Source of the DNA: Squalus acanthias | Lineage: Eukaryota | Length of the DNA: 64,000 nucleotides | Assembly: GCA_030390025.1 (NCBI GenBank) | Contig: CM059432.1 | Coordinates: 73,472,001 to 73,536,000, forward strand | Direction: 5' to 3' | In this document: piece by piece, positions 24,801 through 37,911 of the stretch | Layout of the letters: the number at the start of each line of letters is the position of its first letter | Numbering within the stretch: the stretch's first letter is position 1 | Program-made: the position numbers and the translations under genes | Notes under the pieces: generated by a model | Database searches by the model: none | What the model was told of the DNA's origin: nothing | What the model saw: the letters and a program-made list of their open reading frames with translations, nothing else

Positions 24801-26133
24801 GATATTGATCCCGGCTCTGTTGTGGTGTAACCCGTCTGGCTTGTACAGGTCCCACCTTCCCCAGAAACGGTCCCAATGCCTCAGGAATCTAAAGCCCTCC
24901 CTCCTGTACCATCTCTCCAGCCACGCATTCATCTGTTCTATCCTTCTATTCCTGTACTAACTAGCACGTGGCACCGGGATTAATCCGGAGATTACTACCT
25001 TTGAGGTCCTGCTTTTTAATCTCTTTCCTAGCTCCCTATAGTCTGCCTGCAGGACCTCGTCCCTCTTTCTGCCTCTGTCGTTGGTATCGATATGGACAAC
25101 GACCTCTGGCTGTTCACCCTCCCCCATCAGGGTGTCCTGCAGCCACTCAGTGACATCCTTGACTCTGGCACCAGGAAGGCAACATAGCATCCTGGAGTCA
25201 CGCCTGCGTCCACAGAAACACCTATCTGTTCCCCTAACTAATGAATCCCCTATCACTATTGCTCTTCCACTCTTCTTCCTCCCCTCACCGCCCCCCCCCC
25301 CTCCCCCGTGCAGCTGAGCCACCCGTGGTGCCGTGGCCTTGGTTCTGGCTGCTCTCCCCAGAGGAGCCATCAGCCCCACCAGTTTCCAGAACTGTGAACC
25401 GGTTATGAGCGAGATGCACTCTGGGGATTCCTGCCCTACCTGCCTGGTCCTCCTTCTCTGTCTGGTGGTCACCCATTCCCTCTCTGCCTGCACATTCTGA
25501 GGCTGCGGGGTGACCACTTCTAGAAACGTGCTTTTTAAGTATTTCTCAGCTTCGCGGATGCACTGTAGTGACTCCAGCTGCCACTCACGCTCTGAAACCC
25601 GGAGCTCGAGTTGCTGCAGTTGGCGACACTTCCTGCACACGTGGTCGTCCAGGCCGCAAGAAGCATCCAGGATTTCCCACATGGCACAGGATGTGCAAAT
25701 CACGGGACTGAGCTGCCCTGCCATGCCTCTATTTACCAGACTATGGAAGTAATTTAGCAGAAATAAACTTAAAACTTAACAAGAAACACTCAACAGCTAC
25801 CCACCAATCAGCACTTCCCTCTATTAGATAGGCTATGAACTACTTAACAGAAATATACTCAAAATTGAACAAAAAAAACTTACCACAAATACTCACCCTA
25901 TACCCACCCGATACTTCCTCTCAGCTCCCTTGTGCCAGTGACACCTTTGAATTCTGATGTCTCTCCTTCGTTGTGTCGCTTGCCGACTGTCTCCCTTGCA
26001 GGTAGTCCACTCACTTAATGAAAATTAACTGGCCAGACGAATGATGACCACCGAGCCGTGTTTGGGTCGTTTTTCCGTAGTTTCCGTGACTTTTGCACTG
26101 AAGGTACTGAGGACATTCGGGAGAACCCCCGCT
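21801..26133 (-). mobile_element. Essentially full-length CR1 LINE (~4.3 kb) with disrupted ORFs
   Basis: CpG-rich 5'UTR (~25730-26133), ORF1, then ORF2 fragments (ITETWL endonuclease; [46 protein letters not shown]-terminus) and a GACTCTATGACTCATGA-type tail. Confidence 0.93.
24957..25724 (-). pseudogene. CR1 ORF1 (CxxC..CxxC zinc motif, coiled coil, SGNH/GDSL esterase domain)
   Basis: CTSC...CRKC, LQQLELRVSE, AIVIGDSLVRG, CLPGARVKDV, VVVHIDTND; the esterase domain appears cut short at the 24957 stop. Confidence 0.88.
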
Positions 26134-26390
26134 GTCTGCCTGCCAGACGAATGGCTTCTCAAAGACGTATTCTATAGCCAAGTGATGATGGGAGGAAAGA
26201 CAGTGGACAGTCAGAAGAATTTTTTTTTAAATAACCTGAAGTGATGACTTAAGAATGTGATATTCACCCAGGAACTTGGGAAAATTTAGTCAAAGATCAT
26301 GTAGTTTAGAAATCTGCTGTGAAGTGTGGCACTTTTAAAGCCAACAGTGTTAACAGAAGAAAAACATCATTGCAGAAAAGTTAATCAGCA
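26134..26390 (+). mobile_element. RTE-clade LINE remnant (downstream half)
   Basis: LPDEWLLKDVFYSQV..GGK.VDSQK...LK...CDIHPGTWENLVKD resembles the RTE ORF C-terminus. Confidence 0.65.
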
Positions 26391-26399
26391 ACATTGGTC

Positions 26400-26635
26400 T
26401 GTAGAACATAGGTACGGGAGTCGGCCATTCACCCCCTTGAGCGTCTTCCGCCATTCAATTAGATCATAACTGACCTGTATCTTAACTCCAGCTATCCTCC
26501 TTGGTTCTGTAACCCTTAATACCCAGCCTAACAAAAATCTGTTTTGAAATTTTCAGTGGACCTAGCCTCAACAGCTTTTTGGAGGAGAGAGTTCCAGATT
26601 TCCATAACCCTTTGTGTGAAGTGTAAGAAAAATCC
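26400..26635 (-). mobile_element. CR1 3' end fragment
   Basis: Matches the reverse complement of the CR1 3' end seen at 54480-54740. Confidence 0.8.
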
Positions 26636-26749
26636 TTTCCTAAAATAGCCATTATTGTGACCAATGGTGCATGGAATGAAATAACAACTTCAGCAACATT
26701 AATTAACACAAAAGAAAGACCTCATCACATCTCTCTGAAAAATCATAAT

Positions 26750-28476
26750 GGCCGGGATTTTCCTTACCTCGGTGGGTCCGGGGCAGGGCGATGTCGGTGG
26801 CGGGTCCCGGCCCCGCTGCTAGCTGCATCCCGCTGCCTAAAAGGAACTTATGTTGCTGGGGCTTGTTAACCCCACCCAGCGCGTTCCCGGTACAATTAGA
26901 GGAAGCGGGTCTGGTGACGTCATTCATGACGCGTCATCAGCCGGTTTCCTTAAAGGGACCATGGCCAACTTTGTTTTGACATTTGTGCTGTCAGTGTTCT
27001 ACAGCACTGAAGTGCTGCAAACACTGACAATGACTGCACAGAGGTGCAGGGCTGCACCCAGGTTCTACCTGATTCCCTCCATATGTTTATGGAGGGAGTC
27101 TCAGCACGCAGGGAGGTCCTCTTCCCTTTCCATGGGCGGAAGAGACCTCCCCAGGAGATCAACTCAGCCTGGTTGCACATTGCAGAGGAGGACACAAGCA
27201 GGGATGTGGTCAGGAGGACCTGGGTGCAGTGGCACAAACCTTTCAATGATCTCAAATTAGATCATGAAACATTAATACAAAGCCACACTCTCCTTCATCC
27301 TCCTGTGCCTCTCATCACATCCCCATCACTCTGTCTTCCCTACCCTACTCCTGCACATCCTTACTCACACCAACTTACCTTGCACCTCCACCCATCCCTC
27401 TCTCTCTATCTACATTATCACATACTCATCTCACTAGCCAACCTTTACACTCACCCTCATCCTCGTGCAATCATACCAACTAACAACACACAAGGGTAGC
27501 CACTTGGGTGTTTTATCCAATGTTCATGTAAAGTTTCTGTTGATGTGGTGTCAAACATAAAAATCTTCATTTTCAACACTTGGACAGATTTGTGTGCACC
27601 TTTGGAAATGGCTTAGTGAGTTGCAGTGAATGGTGAGACATAACGGTACCCACCCCCATAATGGTGGTGAGTGTGAAAGGAATGGCTTGGTCATTGTAGG
27701 GATGTTTTATGGTGTTGATGTGGGATGGTACCAACCTGGCGCATCATGTGGCAGCCATATGTACAGCGTAAAGTTAACTAAATCTGGCCATGGTGCTCGG
27801 GTGCTGATGCCCTCTGTCCTGTGCAGCATCAGATGATTGCGGAGAAGGTTGGTGTTGTTGTTGGTGCTGCTGGTGTGCCTGGTGCTGCTGGTGTTGGGGC
27901 TGATCATGATCGGATTCTGAGGACCAAGGTGAGACAGTATAAATGGCACCCATGTTGATAGAATAGATGGCAGGTGAAGTAGAGATGACAGAAGCATTCT
28001 GTCAATGGTGAGAGAATTCTTCCAATAAGATAAGAGTGGATGGAGAGTGGAAAGTGGAAAGCCTGCAGAATCTGTGCTGGAAATGGACTGAAAAACAGCT
28101 TGTGGCTGAGGAAAGTGATGATCTGTCAGGTGAGAGCTTTTATTGTACATTTGAAGCTGTCAGGGAATCAGCTGGAGCAATGGCCACTGAACTCCCGCCT
28201 CAGGTTGACAGCCGTGGTCCCCAAACAGTGTGGTTCCTGTGGCCCTGAAGTTAAAGTGAAAAGGTAAGTTAAAAAACCTGTTAATGATCTGTCAACAAGG
28301 AAATAATGAGATTAATGGGGTCAGCCGCCGCTGCCTGTCGGGTCTGCTCAGCACTGACAGACCTAACATTGGGAAAGGCGTGTGGCAGCAGGTCCCAACC
28401 CGCTGTGGGAAAAAAAGCACTTTCCCACCCGACCCACCACTGATTGCACCCGCTGACCCCCCGCAAAATTAAGGCC
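26750..28476. mobile_element. Internally deleted Harbinger derivative
   Basis: Termini GGCCGGGATTTT / AAAATTAAGGCC with AAT/CAT flanks; frameshifted Myb exon 1 (~27030-27255 +); transposase start (MGA, polyQ, ~27820-27953 -) joined directly to its last codons (~27775-27800). Confidence 0.85.
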
Positions 28477-28669
28477 CATGTCAACATTTATGAATAAGTT
28501 GGATCAGTGGCTGAAGTATGGAGAGATAAAGGAAAATGGGAACATGGCAGACAACTGGGATTCAGACTACTGCTCATGTGGAGCATAAATACCAACATGG
28601 ACTAGTTGTGCCATTTCCATGTTGTAATTTCTACATAATTCTATGTAATTAAAGGTTACTGAATTACAG

Positions 28670-29015
28670 TACAGCTTTTACTGTACATTTGAAGCTGTCA
28701 AGTAATCAGCTGGAGCACTGGCCATTCAACTCCCGCCTCAGGTTCACAGACGTGGTCCCCGAACAGCGTGGACCCCGTGGGCAAGCAGTTAAAGTGAAAA
28801 GGTAAGGTTAAAAGCATTATTAAGTGTCTGTCAACAACCCAATAATTGGTTTAATATGGGTCGCCCTCCTCTGCGGGTCGGGTCAGAATGGAAATCTCAC
28901 AGGCGCCTGTGGGAAAGGCACGTTGCAGCGGGTTGACAACGGGATCCCGACCTGCTGCCAAAAAAATCAAATTTCCCACCCGACCCGCCAGCTGACCCCC
29001 CAGAAAATTCCCCCC
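28670..29015. mobile_element. Orphan Harbinger right-end fragment
   Basis: Diverged copy of ~28135-28476, ending AAAATTCCCCCC. Confidence 0.75.
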
Positions 29016-29029
29016 AAAGTGCTTCACAT

Positions 29030-29354
29030 ACAAAAAATTGCAGTGACTGTTGGTATGTTGGCAAATACAGTCACAATTTTGTGTGCAGTGAGATCCAACA
29101 AACATGAATAAGATGAATGACCAGTTAATCTGCTTTTGACAGTGTTGGTTGAGAGAGGAATTTTGGCCAAGATAACTCCCTGCTATTCTTTGAATACTGC
29201 AGTGGGATCTTGATTGTCTACTTGAACCATCTGAAGGACAGCACCTCTGATAATGCAATATTCTTGCTGAGTATATGTTCCAATACTGGAATGGGACTTG
29301 AACCTACAATCTTCTAAGGCAAAGGCAATGAGTGTTACCCGCTCAGCCAAGCTC
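29030..29354 (-). mobile_element. Deu-domain SINE (decayed)
   Basis: Reverse-complement similarity to 10350-10740, including the tRNA-like head. Confidence 0.7.
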
Positions 29355-29937
29355 TTTTTTTATTCATTCCTGGGATGTGGGTGTCACTGGCAAGGCCAGC
29401 ATTTATTGCCCATCCCTAATTGCCCTTGAGAAGATGGTGGTGAGCCACCTTCTTGAACTGCTGCAGTCCATGTGGTGAAGGTACTCCCACAGTGCTGTTA
29501 GGGAGGGAGTTCCAGGATTTTGACCCAGTGACGATGAAGGAACGGCAATATATTCGCAAGTCAGGATGGTGTGTAACTTGGAGGGGAACTTGGAGGAGGT
29601 GGTGTTTCCATGTGGCTGCTGCCCTTATCCTTCTAGGTGGTAGAGGTCGTGGGTTTGGGAAGTGCTGCCGAAGAAGCCTTGGCGAGTTGCTGCAGTGCAT
29701 CTTATAGATGGTACACACTGCAGCCACGGTGTGCCGGTTGTGGAGGGAGTGAATGTTTAAGGTGGTGGATGGGATGCCAATCAAGTAGGCTGCTTTGTCC
29801 TGGATGGTGTCGAGCTTCTTCAGTGTTGTTGGAGTTGCACTCATCCAGGCAAGTGTAGAGTATTCCATCACACTCCTGACTTGTGCGTTGTAGATGGTGG
29901 AAAGGCTTTGGGGAGTCAGGAGGTGAGACACTTGCCA
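29355..29937 (-). mobile_element. CR1/L2-group LINE 3' fragment (same family as 35845-37376)
   Basis: SHLLTPQSLSTIY.AQVRSVMEYS...HHHLLKGN*, followed by AATAAA and an A-rich tail. Confidence 0.9.
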
Positions 29938-30123
29938 TAGACATTTAAGTCACCCTATTGTATAATTTGCAAGTGACTTTTGTGTCACTCCATACAAGAG
30001 TGCCAAATATATTTTTGGACAGTATTGTAACCTCTGCATCACCCACACAAAGCACATCAATACAATGGAATTAACAAACCAGGAGCCTTGCATTTCTTAT
30101 GAACATGCTTATGTCAGGAGGAT

Positions 30124-30178
30124 TTAAAATAAGACAATATTACCCACTTAAAATAAGACAATATTACCCACTTAAAAT
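30124..30178. repeat. 24-bp tandem duplication
   Basis: TTAAAATAAGACAATATTACCCAC twice plus a partial third copy. Confidence 0.9.
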
Positions 30179-33100
30179 CAAGACTATAATTTTCCTGTAT
30201 TTATTTCTTCTTCAATGCTTTTTGAGTGGAAACTTTTGCAGCTTGTGTTCACTTAGACTAAATAAAGATTTTTATAAACAAGGTGCAAAGCTTTTCAAAC
30301 AGCTGCATTTTGAGCTTCCTCTGTTTGTTCCATCTATAAATATGATGTTTGCCATGTTTACAGATCCTAAATAAATAGAAACTAAGACTCTTTCCTTAAA
30401 ACTACACTTGATTCAGTGGTTTGCCTTGAGGGATCTACATTCTGCTAATGGCGGCAACAAAGTGCTGCCTCATTTTCATTCTGGCAAAAGGACCATCTCC
30501 ACGGTAACAATTTAATTTGCTGCATAGCAAATGATGGCTGGCAGCAATTTCTACACAAGTATTTCTTCTCAACCAGGCATATTTTGACTTAGTGAAAGAT
30601 AAATACTTGAATAGAACGTCAGCAGCATGTTGTAATTGTAATAGACTGTCTGCCAATAAATTAAATGTGAAATGTCATTGATATTATTGAAGGCTAGTTG
30701 AAACGTATAAAGGAAGATTGCAACAAAAAGCTATATGTCAAATGGCCTTTTAACGTCCAAATGTACTTCTGTCTTTTCCTGAGCATGAATTGTGTTGCAC
30801 GGTCCCAACAGAATGCTTGTTGTTTACATGGAGCAGTTTAATAGTGTTACCAGACATTGTTAAGGAAGTCTGATCTAACTTACTTTCTACTCAAAGCAGC
30901 ACCATGACATTTACATTTGCAGTGAATCAATGGTTTATAATGTTTTATGACAGACATTAATGGTCAACACAGTAGGAGGACAATTACATGTGAATGACAT
31001 TGTATTACTATTTGTTTCACTACAGGCAATGCCATTGTTCCTATTGACAAGCACCGCAGCCTCTCTATTACCAGTTAACACAATCATATTTTTTGCTAGT
31101 GCAATTTTGTTGCTACTGCCATAGTCATTGTTGTCAACATATTTCCATTTGAGTTACGTTTAACACAAGGCTACGGCACTGTAGTAATGGCAATGTAAGA
31201 AGTGTTTTAGCATCATAAGTTTCTTTTTAAATGTAGTAATATAGCCTGAGGGTCATTCCAATAATTATTTTTTTTAGCATAGCACCATTGAATAAAATGT
31301 AACAGTTCAGGGTAACATTTTTACATTTATAGTACAGTTTATAATTTCTGACATTGTACAATATAGAGTGGAATAGATTTTCACCCCGAGCCATGTTTGG
31401 GCAGTCAATTGGCGGCATGCCCCCTCCCCATAGTCCCAACAGGAGGTCCAGTCCATTTTGAGGGCCAGGCCTATTAGCATAGGGCCGGGGGATGAGGGTG
31501 GAAAATGCGCACCCTGGAGGAGCCCACTGGCTCCAGGCCGCTGCAATATCAGGGTGTCTGGCCGGCCTCCAGCCAGAAAGGAGGTAGGATCCCAATTTGC
31601 AAATTAATAGGGCATACTGCCTGACTCAGGCGGGCACTCTTGGGGAAGATAAGGACTGCCACACCATCAGTGGGAAGGGAGTAGTTAGTCAATACGCACC
31701 ATTTCCGAGGCACTAACACTCCATTTTTGCCAAGTGGGAGGCCTCAAAATTACCTGAATTAATTAGTATCATTATGCCTTTGAAATAAAACCAGCAGTAG
31801 CATTTTACAAAAGGTTTTTGACACTGGGAAATACATGCACAACTGTTATATTGCATTTGTTCCATGCAATGACAGAGAAAAGTCTTCATACCTGGAACGA
31901 TACTCGCCCAGTTCATATACAAATCATGATTCATGGACCAAATCCAGAAGCTCAAGAAATTTTGTTTGCAGTATTAAGTAGTTAGTTCTGGAGATTGATG
32001 TTTACTGTTAAATATAAGAGCTTATGCTTTATTAAAGGTTGTCTTGTAACCTATAATTTTGTATGATAGTCACACACTTCCTCAAAGAAGCAACCATTCA
32101 TTTTTTGTATATTAACTGTACAGTATTAGGCAGCGTAACTGGTTGCAGCTGGAGGCAACTGTAACAAGAACAGAAATTTCATGAAATTCTCTCTTGTAAT
32201 TATTGAAATCACAAGGAGCCCTGGAGCATTTGTGGTAGGGTGCCAACAGGCAAGCACAGAGTACTCTTGTTTCTTAAAACATGCTCCGAAGATCCAAGTT
32301 CAGTAAGTGACAATAACTCTACATTTGAACTTCTGTGTGCAAAAGGCAACAGCATTGGTTGGGAGTGAATTCCACGGGTAAGGCTTTACTGATGGTGCCC
32401 TGAATGGTTTGTTTGGATTGATGAGAGGTGCAGCTGCATAAATTCATCTATCTGGGGTATAAACAGAGAGTTAGCTGAAGTACCACTGACTATTGTGGTG
32501 ATGCTCCAACCATGGCCTTGCAAGGACTCTCTGATGTGCAATGTATTTTCAATTTATTTGATTCAGAACTACTGATGCAATTGAGAACAAGAATCTTCTG
32601 TTGGATACACTTTCTGTGCAGTATTCATGAAAATATATTCTGGGAACTGCTTGGAACAGGACATTTCACGATGGCGTAAGAGCTTTGATATAATTCAGGG
32701 TTAGTTTCTAATTTGCTGCTCTGTGATTTATTTTTATTACAAAATTCCAAAGACCTCTTTGGAATTTATTCCATTTTACACTCTCCATGCCACGCACTAT
32801 CCTTGCCTAGAGGGTGGACCACAGACAAACTTTGAGCCCTCTACCAATGTCAATATAGTTAGTCACTAGGAGATATTCATAAAATGCTTTGGATGTCTAG
32901 CCCTTAAATTGCTCTTCTTTCCTTATAGACAAAGAAAAGCATCTGCTCTGCACCTCACTGTTCTATCATGACTAAGATTGGAAACCACTAGCATGAAACT
33001 ACATTCTAAATATCGCATAGCACAGCACATTGGAGATAATGTGCTGGGCCACTGTAATTTTCCAGCAATCTATTACTTTAATTTTCTATTATATTTTGGT

Positions 33101-33559
33101 ATACCAACCAGGTTCCTCTCTATCTCATCACATCCATCCATCTTATATACATTAGGTGCACAAACCAATTTGTGTGGTTCTTTTACTACAAGGTCTCTAA
33201 ATTTGTAATGTTAGAATTACTTGTAAAAATCATTGCAATAAAATGCGAAGAAAACATGACTGCTTAAAAATGTTGCTATAAGGAATCATGTTTTCTTCAC
33301 AATTCATTGTATTGTAGAACATTATTGAATTTTAAGCATCTCTTGTGATGTTGCACATGGTGAGTCAGAGGACATACTGTTTTATAGTAACAATGTTATC
33401 TCATGTAACACACAATGCTTTATGAGTGTATGATTCTAATGTAACTGAAAATTGGGAGAGATGTATATGGGTGGCTGGATTGATATCACCTGTTTTACAC
33501 TATCACACAAAGTCAAAATTACCCCCGGGAAGTCGAGAACAAGTGCAATATTCATGGTA

Positions 33560-33835
33560 AGGAGTGTAGAAGGGAAGGGGGGATAACTGAATTCAGATGG
33601 GAGAGGGTGGAAGGGGATGGAAGCAGAGGGGAGGGGGATGAGCTAGGGTGGGGAGGTGGGACAAGAGAAGAAGGGGAAGAGGAAGAGCAGTAGGCAGGGG
33701 TTATAGGGAGTGTAGGAGAGGGGATGGGGAGGGAGAAAAGACTGGAACAATGGGGAGAGGAAGACAGGAAAAGAAAGGTATGGGTAGGGGAAAAGAGGGG
33801 GAGGAGAGAGGAGGAAAGGAAAGGGGGAGGGACTG
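33560..33835 (+). repeat. Polypurine (G/A) low-complexity tract
   Basis: About 270 bp that is mostly G/A on the plus strand. Confidence 0.85.
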
Positions 33836-33963
33836 TAGAATTCGCAATATATCGCGATTTTATTAATAAGGAGAAAACACAGAGTTTCGTTCAAACAGCT
33901 TTTATTTCAGCAGAATGCTGACAGGTTTAAAGTGGACACAAGCAGCCTGTAAAATGGCCGCCG

Positions 33964-35353
33964 CACCTCGTGACAGAACATTCTAGACTTTTCAACAGGC
34001 AGACAAGATGGCGTTCCAATAAACATTTGTGCAAGATCGATTAAGAGTCAGCACAGTGAAGATAATACACGAGACATTATGGGTTTGCAGTATACACATA
34101 AATACTGAAATCGGTCTCCCAGGTACAAAGGAAAGCCATTGTACCGAGTAATCAAGGGCCCATCCAAAAGACATTAATATGTAAAATCCCAACGACTCTA
34201 CGATGAGAGAGCCGTTAGCAGGTAGTTATACAGGACACTTGGAAGCCCCAAAACCCCTCCAGGGAGAACGCCGACCGATTTAACAATGGGAGAAATATTA
34301 ACAGGTACTCAGACATTTACGAGTAGCCCCGAAACCCATTAAGAACGGAGATCACCCATACAAGACATTTGAGCGCCAGACCCTAAACAAAAGAATGGAC
34401 ATTATAGTTGGGCGGGAAACGGAAGATTTTGCACTATAATTGCAGGCTCCAAACCGTCCATCGCTCTCTTATCTTGTTGCTCTTATCCGATCGACTCTTA
34501 TCATCGTGGCTGCTCCTGTGTACTCGTAGTTGGGCTCGCTCCTGCTTGCCTGTTGCCTCTTTTGAAAAGGACTGTTGAACTTTCTGATCCGTTCGGATCT
34601 ACCTCGTGTCGCGTAACGAAGACCTATATTGGTAACCGGTATCGGAACCAAAAGGCCCGAGATGAGATGAGATGAGATGAGATGAGAAGAGAGGAAGACC
34701 ATATCCATCGCCACGGTCAGTAAATCCCGACCGCGCCTGTAGGTCGATTAGCCAAGTTTTCCTTGCCAGGAAGACTTCTTCGAACTTGTAACGAAACATA
34801 TCGCATCGATGATATAACTGGACTGTGCCCAAAAGTAACTGGAATGTGAAAACCACCAATACAGATCTTCATCACAGCAGACGTTCCAGCCTGCTAGCCG
34901 GAGCAGCAGAAGCAAGTAAACAAGTGGGACCAGGAGATCTCCTGACCGACACGTGGGTGCTGCGGTGAAAAACATCCGATCAGCTATTCGGAATTTCTCC
35001 GAGTTATCACGAGTGGTGAGCATGAGTCTCGAAATCCTACGAATCTAGTTAGGATAGATATTGATAGGGGAGGGTTTAAGGATTAAGGATATTTGTAATG
35101 TGTGCCCCTATTTACTATGTGCCGTTCGTTCCTCGTTTCCCTAAGATCGACTATATAACTGTTTGTAAGATTGTACTGTCATTAATCTGTGCTTATGACA
35201 TGTATTTCATAATCTTAAGTATCATGCAATAAAGATTTTCCATTTCGTACCATTCAAACCGAGTCTACATGAGTTTCATCTCCATTACTGCTCTCGCATC
35301 TAAGTCCAGTGTCTAGAACCGTAAGGGAGAGTGATTCGAACCACTCACAGGTG
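33964..35353 (+). mobile_element. CpG-retaining LTR-like island (possible solo LTR; class uncertain)
   Basis: (C)GTGA...TCACA ends, AAGATGGCG near the 5' end, TATAAT ~34435, (GAGAT)n at 34659-34686, AATAAA ~35228; no direct TSD seen. Confidence 0.45.
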
Positions 35354-35589
35354 TGTCTAGTGTTCCCAGACTGGCTGGAGACCAGAACAGGCAACAAGGC
35401 CTAGACCCGCACTGACATACAGGCTGCACAGAGCCGCGTGAACCTCACAGGCTGCGAGACACGCAGGGTCAGAATCCCTTACAGGACGTAGATGGGAGAG
35501 GAAGGGGAGAGGTGGGGAACAAGGGCAGCTAAGACCGGAAAACAACCTGAGCAAGGAATTCACACTCATCATGAAATCCTTCTCTAATA

Positions 35590-37911
35590 AAAAAGTAAAA
35601 TAATGCAGATGCTGGAAATCTGAAATAAAAATAGAAAATGCTGGAAATACTCAGCAGGTCAGGCAGCATCTGTAGAGAGAGAAACAAGGTTAACATTTCA
35701 GGTCAATGACCCTTCGTCAAAACTGGAAAAAGTTAGAGATGTAACAGGTTTTAAGCAAGTGCAGGGGCAGGGAAAGGGTGGGGGGAGGGGAGGAAAGAAC
35801 AAAAGGGAAGGTCTGTGATAGGGTGGAAGGCTGGAGTGATTACGTTTTTAAAATTTTTTTATTCGTTTATGGGATCAGGGCGTCACTGGCAATGCCAGCA
35901 TTTATTGCCCATCCCTAGTTGCCCTTGAGAAGGTGGTGGTGAGCCGCCTTCTTGAACCGCTGCAGTCCGTGTGGTGATGGTACTCCCACAGTGCTGTTAG
36001 GTAGGGAGTTCCAGGATTTTGACCCAGCGACGATGAAGAATCGGCGATATACTTCTAAGTCAGGATGGTGTGTGACTTGGAGGGGAACTTGGAGGTGGTG
36101 GTGTTCCCATGCGCCTGCTGCCCTTGTCCTTCTAGGTGGAAGAGGTCGCGGGTTTGGGAGGTGCTGCTGAAGAAGCCTTGGCAAGTTGCTGCAGTGCATC
36201 TTATAGATGGTACACACTGCAGCCACGGTACGCTGGTGGTGGAGGGAGTGAATGTTTAAGGTGGTGGATGGGGTGCCAATCAAGCGGGCTGCTTTGTCCT
36301 GGATGGTGTCAAGCTTCTTGAGTGTTGTTGGAGCTGCACTCATCCAGGCAAGTGGAGAGTATTCCATCACACTCCTTACTTGTGCCTTGTAGATGGTGGA
36401 AAGGCTTTGGGGAGTCAGGAGGTGAGACACTCGCCGCAGAATACCTAGCCTCTGACCTGCTCTTGTTGCCACAGTATTTATGTGGCTGGTCCAGTTAAGT
36501 TTCTGGTTAATGGTGACCCCCAGGATGTTGATAATGGGGGATTCGGCGATGCTAATGCCATTGAATGTCAAGGGGAGGTGGTTAGACTCTCGCTTGTTGG
36601 AGATAGTCATTGCCTGGCACTTCTGTGGCGCAAATGTTACCTGCCACTTATCAGCCCAAGCCTGAACGTCGTCCAGGTCTTGTTGCATGTGGGCATGGAC
36701 TGCTTCATTATCTGTGGAGTTGCGAATGGCGCTGAACACTGTGCAGTCATCAGTGAACATCCCCATTTCTGACCTTATGTTGGAGGGAAGTTCATTGATG
36801 AAGCAGCTGAAGATGGTTGGGCCTAGGACACTGCCCTGAGGAACTCCTGCAGCGATGTCCTGGGGCTGTGATGATTGACCTTCAACCACCACAACCATCT
36901 TCCTTTGTGCTAGGTATGACTCCAGCCAGTGGAGCGTTTTCCCCCTGATTCCCATTGACTTCAGTTTTTCTAGGGTTCCTTGATGCCAGACTCGGTCAAA
37001 TGCTGCCTTGATGTCAAGGGCAGTCACTCTCACCTCACCTCTGGAATTCAGCTCCTTTGTCCATGTTTGGACCAAGGCTGTAATGAGGTCGGGAGCCGAG
37101 TGGTCTTGGCGGAACCCAAACTGGGCATCAGTGAGCAGGTTATTGGTGAGTAAGTGTCGCTTGATAGCACTGTCGATGACACCTTTCATCACTTTGCTGA
37201 TGATTGAGAGTAGACTGATGGGGCGGTAATTGGCCAGGTTAGATTTGTCCTGCTTTTTGTGGACAGGACATACCTGGGCAGTTTTCCACATATTCGGATA
37301 GATGCCAATGTTGTAGCTGTACTGGAACAGCTTGGCTAGAGGCGCGGCTAGTTCTGGAGCACAAGTCTTCAGCATGATAGTGACAAAAGATATGATTGTA
37401 CAAAGCAAAAGGAGATGGTAATGGGACAGGTAAAGAACAAAAGATGGGTATAGAGGAGGTATAAATGGGTATAGCAGAATCATCAACAGCTGCCATCTGA
37501 AAAAATAGGGGCAGAGGTTATGGTCTGAAATTGTTGAACTCGATGTTGAGTCCAGAAGACTGTAAAGTGCCAAATCGAAAAACAAGGTGCTGTTCCTCAA
37601 GCTTACGTTGAGCTTCATTGGAACAGTGTAAGAGGCCGAGGACAGAGAGGTCAGAGTGGGAGTGGAGCGGAGAATTAAAGTGACAGGCGACCAGAAGCTC
37701 GGGGTCACGCTTGTGGACTGAACGGAGGCGTTCCGCAAAGCGGTCACCCAATCTGCGTTTGGTCTCCCCAATGTAGAGGAGACTGCATCGTGAGCAGCGA
37801 ATACAGTATACTAAATTGCAAGAAGTACAATTAAATTCCTGTTTCACCTGAAAGGAATGTTTGGGGCCCTGGACAGTGGGAAGAGAGGAGGTAAAAGGGC
37901 AGGTGTTGCAT
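35590..37911 (-). mobile_element. Penelope-like element fragment (GIY-YIG endonuclease ORF 37518-37847), interrupted by a LINE
   Basis: FNCTSCNLVYCIRCSRCSLLYIGETKRRL...H..H...GLNIEF; non-coding part matches 5770-6160 on both sides of the LINE; degenerate hammerhead at 35688-35724. Confidence 0.9.
35845..37376 (-). mobile_element. 5'-truncated CR1/L2-group LINE with an open RT reading frame
   Basis: [36 protein letters not shown] and MFTDD motifs; stop at 35915; AATAAA and A-rich tail. Confidence 0.93.

Noticed and set aside
34748..35023. 91-aa hydrophobic ORF in the LTR-like island
   Set aside because: No recognisable domain; short ORFs are expected by chance.
35915..37771. 618-aa ORF as a single gene
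   Set aside because: Chance read-through: the first ~130 aa come from an alternate frame and UTR of the Penelope host, and the rest is the inserted LINE RT starting at ~37376.
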